This document shows positions 62,020-64,000 of a stretch of DNA of 64,000 nucleotides, piece after piece (position 1 is the first letter of the stretch; every line of letters begins with the position of its first letter). The stretch lies in the IMG/VR virus record IMGVR_UViG_3300042317_001497; one strand, given 5' to 3'. The translations under genes were made by a program, and so were the position numbers. The notes under the pieces are model-generated. The model saw only the letters and a list, made by a program, of their open reading frames with translations. It made no database searches and was not told the DNA's origin. This DNA comes from a virus.

Positions 62020-64000
62020 ATGGCAAATTTATATTTCTATGGAACTAATGGTAACTGGGACACCTTATCTAACTGGAAAACAACAGACAGCCCCACTGGA
62101 ACAACAGCGTCTGCTCTACCAACGAGCAGTGATGATGTTTTTATAAGACGCACAATAATAAGTAATAGTGGATCAGATCCAACGGTTAATAGTTTTACAA
62201 GTACTGGAATAGGCCATGCGGTATTTAATAATTCAACTCAAATTACAATAACCAGTAATAATTTTTATTTTGGATCGGGTAGTTTAAATGCATTTTCGGC
62301 AGGATCTCTTACCACATTAAATGGAAATATTGATCTAGACGGAACTAACATGTCTAGTGCTAATAGAAAATTAACAATAAATGGAAATGTTACTGGCGGC
62401 AATGCTAAATTAGCGGGATCAATAGATATAAATGGAAATGCAACAATATCTGGAGTATATATTAGTTCTTCTCTTGGCAAAATACCTAAGATCGTAGGAG
62501 ATATAACGATAGCAGAAAGTATGTATAGCGTTGGAGAAAATCCTTTAGGCATATTTTCTGCTGATATTATTGGTAATGTTACGCTAAATAATGCAGACTG
62601 TATGGGCGCTATTATTTCGGGAAATTTAATTATAAATGGAAACTCTGTAACTTATAATCGGTATTTTAATAATCTTTATACTCATCCATTAGTAAGTGGT
62701 AATGTTGTTGTAAACTATCCGGCATTTGCATTTGTTGGGCAGTCCAATGGCACTATAGCTTATTCTGGTTATGCTAGTCCAAGAACCTTATATTATAATA
62801 ATGATTATAGTACTGAGTGGAATGATGTAGGTAATTGGTGGACCGATGCATCATATGAGACTGCTGCTAGTGGAATTCCAACGCCATTAGATACTGTTTA
62901 TATAGATGGTGATATATCTGGATCTAGTGTGATTGGTCAAGCATATAGTATTAATTTAACTAATACATCAGACAATAGTGATACAATATTATCCACTAAT
63001 AATATTAATTTATTTGATTTTTCATCCAATGTAGGATATCTGCTTGCAGATAATAATATAGTTTTATCAGACTCTAGTTATAATAATGGTTTTTATATAT
63101 ATGCTGATGCTATCTCTTACACAGATAACTCATTAAATCTTAATGTAGCATCTGGCGGCCCATCCAACATAACATATAATGGATTTACAGGATGGGATGC
63201 TGATTTAGGATATTATTTTATAGGAGGAGAATTAACATCTTTAGATAGTGAGGGATATGGCGATCATAACGAATTACACTATTCTAGTTACCCCACAACT
63301 TTTGAGGGGTGGGATAGTGGAAATAGCACATATTATTTTAGCGGCGTCGCAACTACGTTGAACAGCGACGGTAACGGATATTGGGTTGATACTTATTACC
63401 TTGGTGGCGTTGCTACTACGTTGAACAGCGACGGTAACGGATATTGGGTTGATACTTATTATCTTGGCGGCGTTGCGACTCCGCTGAATAGCGACGGTAA
63501 CGGTTGCTTGGACAATAAGATTTATACCGCTGGCAGCGTAACTTTTGATCCAGCCACAGACACAGGCTATAACACTTGCGACTCTACCTACTATGTAAGC
63601 GGCGTTGCTACTACGCTGGATAGCAGTGGCTACGGCGACTACGACGGCGTTCATTACTCGGCCTATCCAACAACGTTTGAAGGCGGAGACGCGCTTACAG
63701 GTAAATTTTATTCCGCCGGAATTGAGTTAACCGGTTTAGACGCCAGTGGCTACGGCGACTACGACGGCGTTCATTACTCGGCCTATCCAACAACGTTTGA
63801 AGGTTGGGATGCTGCGACCAGCACTTATTATTTTAGCGGCGTTGCTACTGCTCTGGATAGCAACGGTGATGGCTGCTTGGACAATAAGATTTATACCGCT
63901 GGCAGCGTAACTTTTGATCCAGCCACAGACACAGGCTATAACACTTGCGACTCTACCTACTATGTAAGCGGCGTTGCTACTACGCTGGATAGCAGTGGCT
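62020..64000 (+). CDS. large repetitive adhesin/fibre-like protein, 3' end beyond the window (absent from ORF track)
   Basis: translated by hand stop-free from ATG 62020 to 63360, and the same frame is open in the last 100 nt; two LY..W...NW..P...D.V.I modules; Gly/Asn-rich beta-helix-like region; YYxGGVATTL repeats. Confidence 0.85.
   Translation, partial: MANLYFYGTNGNWDTLSNWKTTDSPTGTTASALPTSSDDVFIRRTIISNSGSDPTVNSFTSTGIGHAVFNNSTQITITSNNFYFGSGSLNAFSAGSLTTLNGNIDLDGTNMSSANRKLTINGNVTGGNAKLAGSIDINGNATISGVYISSSLGKIPKIVGDITIAESMYSVGENPLGIFSADIIGNVTLNNADCMGAIISGNLIINGNSVTYNRYFNNLYTHPLVSGNVVVNYPAFAFVGQSNGTIAYSGYASPRTLYYNNDYSTEWNDVGNWWTDASYETAASGIPTPLDTVYIDGDISGSSVIGQAYSINLTNTSDNSDTILSTNNINLFDFSSNVGYLLADNNIVLSDSSYNNGFYIYADAISYTDNSLNLNVASGGPSNITYNGFTGWDADLGYYFIGGELTSLDSEGYGDHNELHYSSYPTTFEGWDSGNSTYYFSGVATTLNSDGNGYWVDTYYLGGVATTLNSDGNGYWVDTYYLGGVATPLNSDGNGCLDNKIYTAGSVTFDPATDTGYNTCDSTYYVSGVATTLDSSGYGDYDGVHYSAYPTTFEGGDALTGKFYSAGIELTGLDASGYGDYDGVHYSAYPTTFEGWDAATSTYYFSGVATALDSNGDGCLDNKIYTAGSVTFDPATDTGYNTCDSTYYVSGVATTLDSSG
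63340..63503 (+). repeat. about 3 x 63-bp tandem repeat (YYLGGVATTLNSDGNGYWVDT)
   Basis: AACAGCGACGG at 63361 and 63424, AATAGCGACGG at 63487. Confidence 0.85.
63505..64000 (+). repeat. identical direct repeats inside the CDS
   Basis: 63505-63631 = 63874-64000 (offset 369); 63624-63683 = 63744-63803 (offset 120). Confidence 0.85.

Noticed and set aside
52698-64000. Diversity-generating retroelement
   Set aside because: A C-type-lectin-fold domain is present, but there is no reverse transcriptase and no TR/VR pair differing only at adenines in this window
54300-64000. CRISPR array
   Set aside because: All periodic repeats are in-frame coding repeats (21, 24, 63, 132 bp) without unique spacers; no cas genes
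1-64000. Stop-codon reassignment (alternative genetic code)
   Set aside because: Long conserved genes are intact in the standard code, and TAA, TAG and TGA all end genes at sensible boundaries
1-64000. Cellular or eukaryotic giant-virus origin
   Set aside because: Shine-Dalgarno sites, sigma70 promoters, tmRNA, rIIA/rIIB and operonic overlaps indicate a bacteriophage despite the SET, GT60 and Cys-rich modules; no housekeeping operons are present

Overview
This window is a gene-dense, AT-rich, almost entirely plus-strand segment that reads as part of a large (jumbo-type) dsDNA phage genome, probably environmental. That call is inferred from rIIA/rIIB, ThyX, an ATP-dependent ligase, an endonuclease VII-like protein, many tiny overlapping ORFs and giant fibre-like genes; no capsid or terminase gene is in view and the host cannot be determined. 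1-30 kb holds early/middle-type genes (small hypotheticals, phosphoesterases, thyX, uvsE, a deaminase, DNA ligase, an HhH glycosylase, rIIA/rIIB, a RepB-type primase, and a RuvA-domain-III protein next to ruvB). Many are driven by sigma70-like promoters sharing a (G)CCGAT spacer motif. RNA genes are a tmRNA (14108-14460) and a tRNA-Leu(UAA) split by a 200-nt group I intron (20447-20721), plus several unexplained structured elements. 30-52 kb holds an actin-like ATPase, two proteases, two glycosyl/methyltransferase clusters (one an inverted four-gene cassette with a GT60 enzyme), a macro domain, SET, GuaC, ferritin, PAP2, a sigma factor, ClpP-like and a degenerate DeoC-like protein. 52-64 kb holds giant modular, probably virion-surface proteins with Pro/Thr mucin-like linkers, a 12-Cys domain in three copies, a circularly permuted FGE-sulfatase domain, beta-propellers and recently duplicated repeats; the last ORF (62020 onward) runs off the window and is missing from the ORF track. 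The strongest leads are the intron-containing phage tRNA, a possible phage-encoded mucin-type O-glycosylation system (GT60 plus PT/TE linkers), the Zn-ribbon/RuvA-III adaptor beside RuvB, and the promoter motif. All family calls come from motif recognition by eye; no database search was run.
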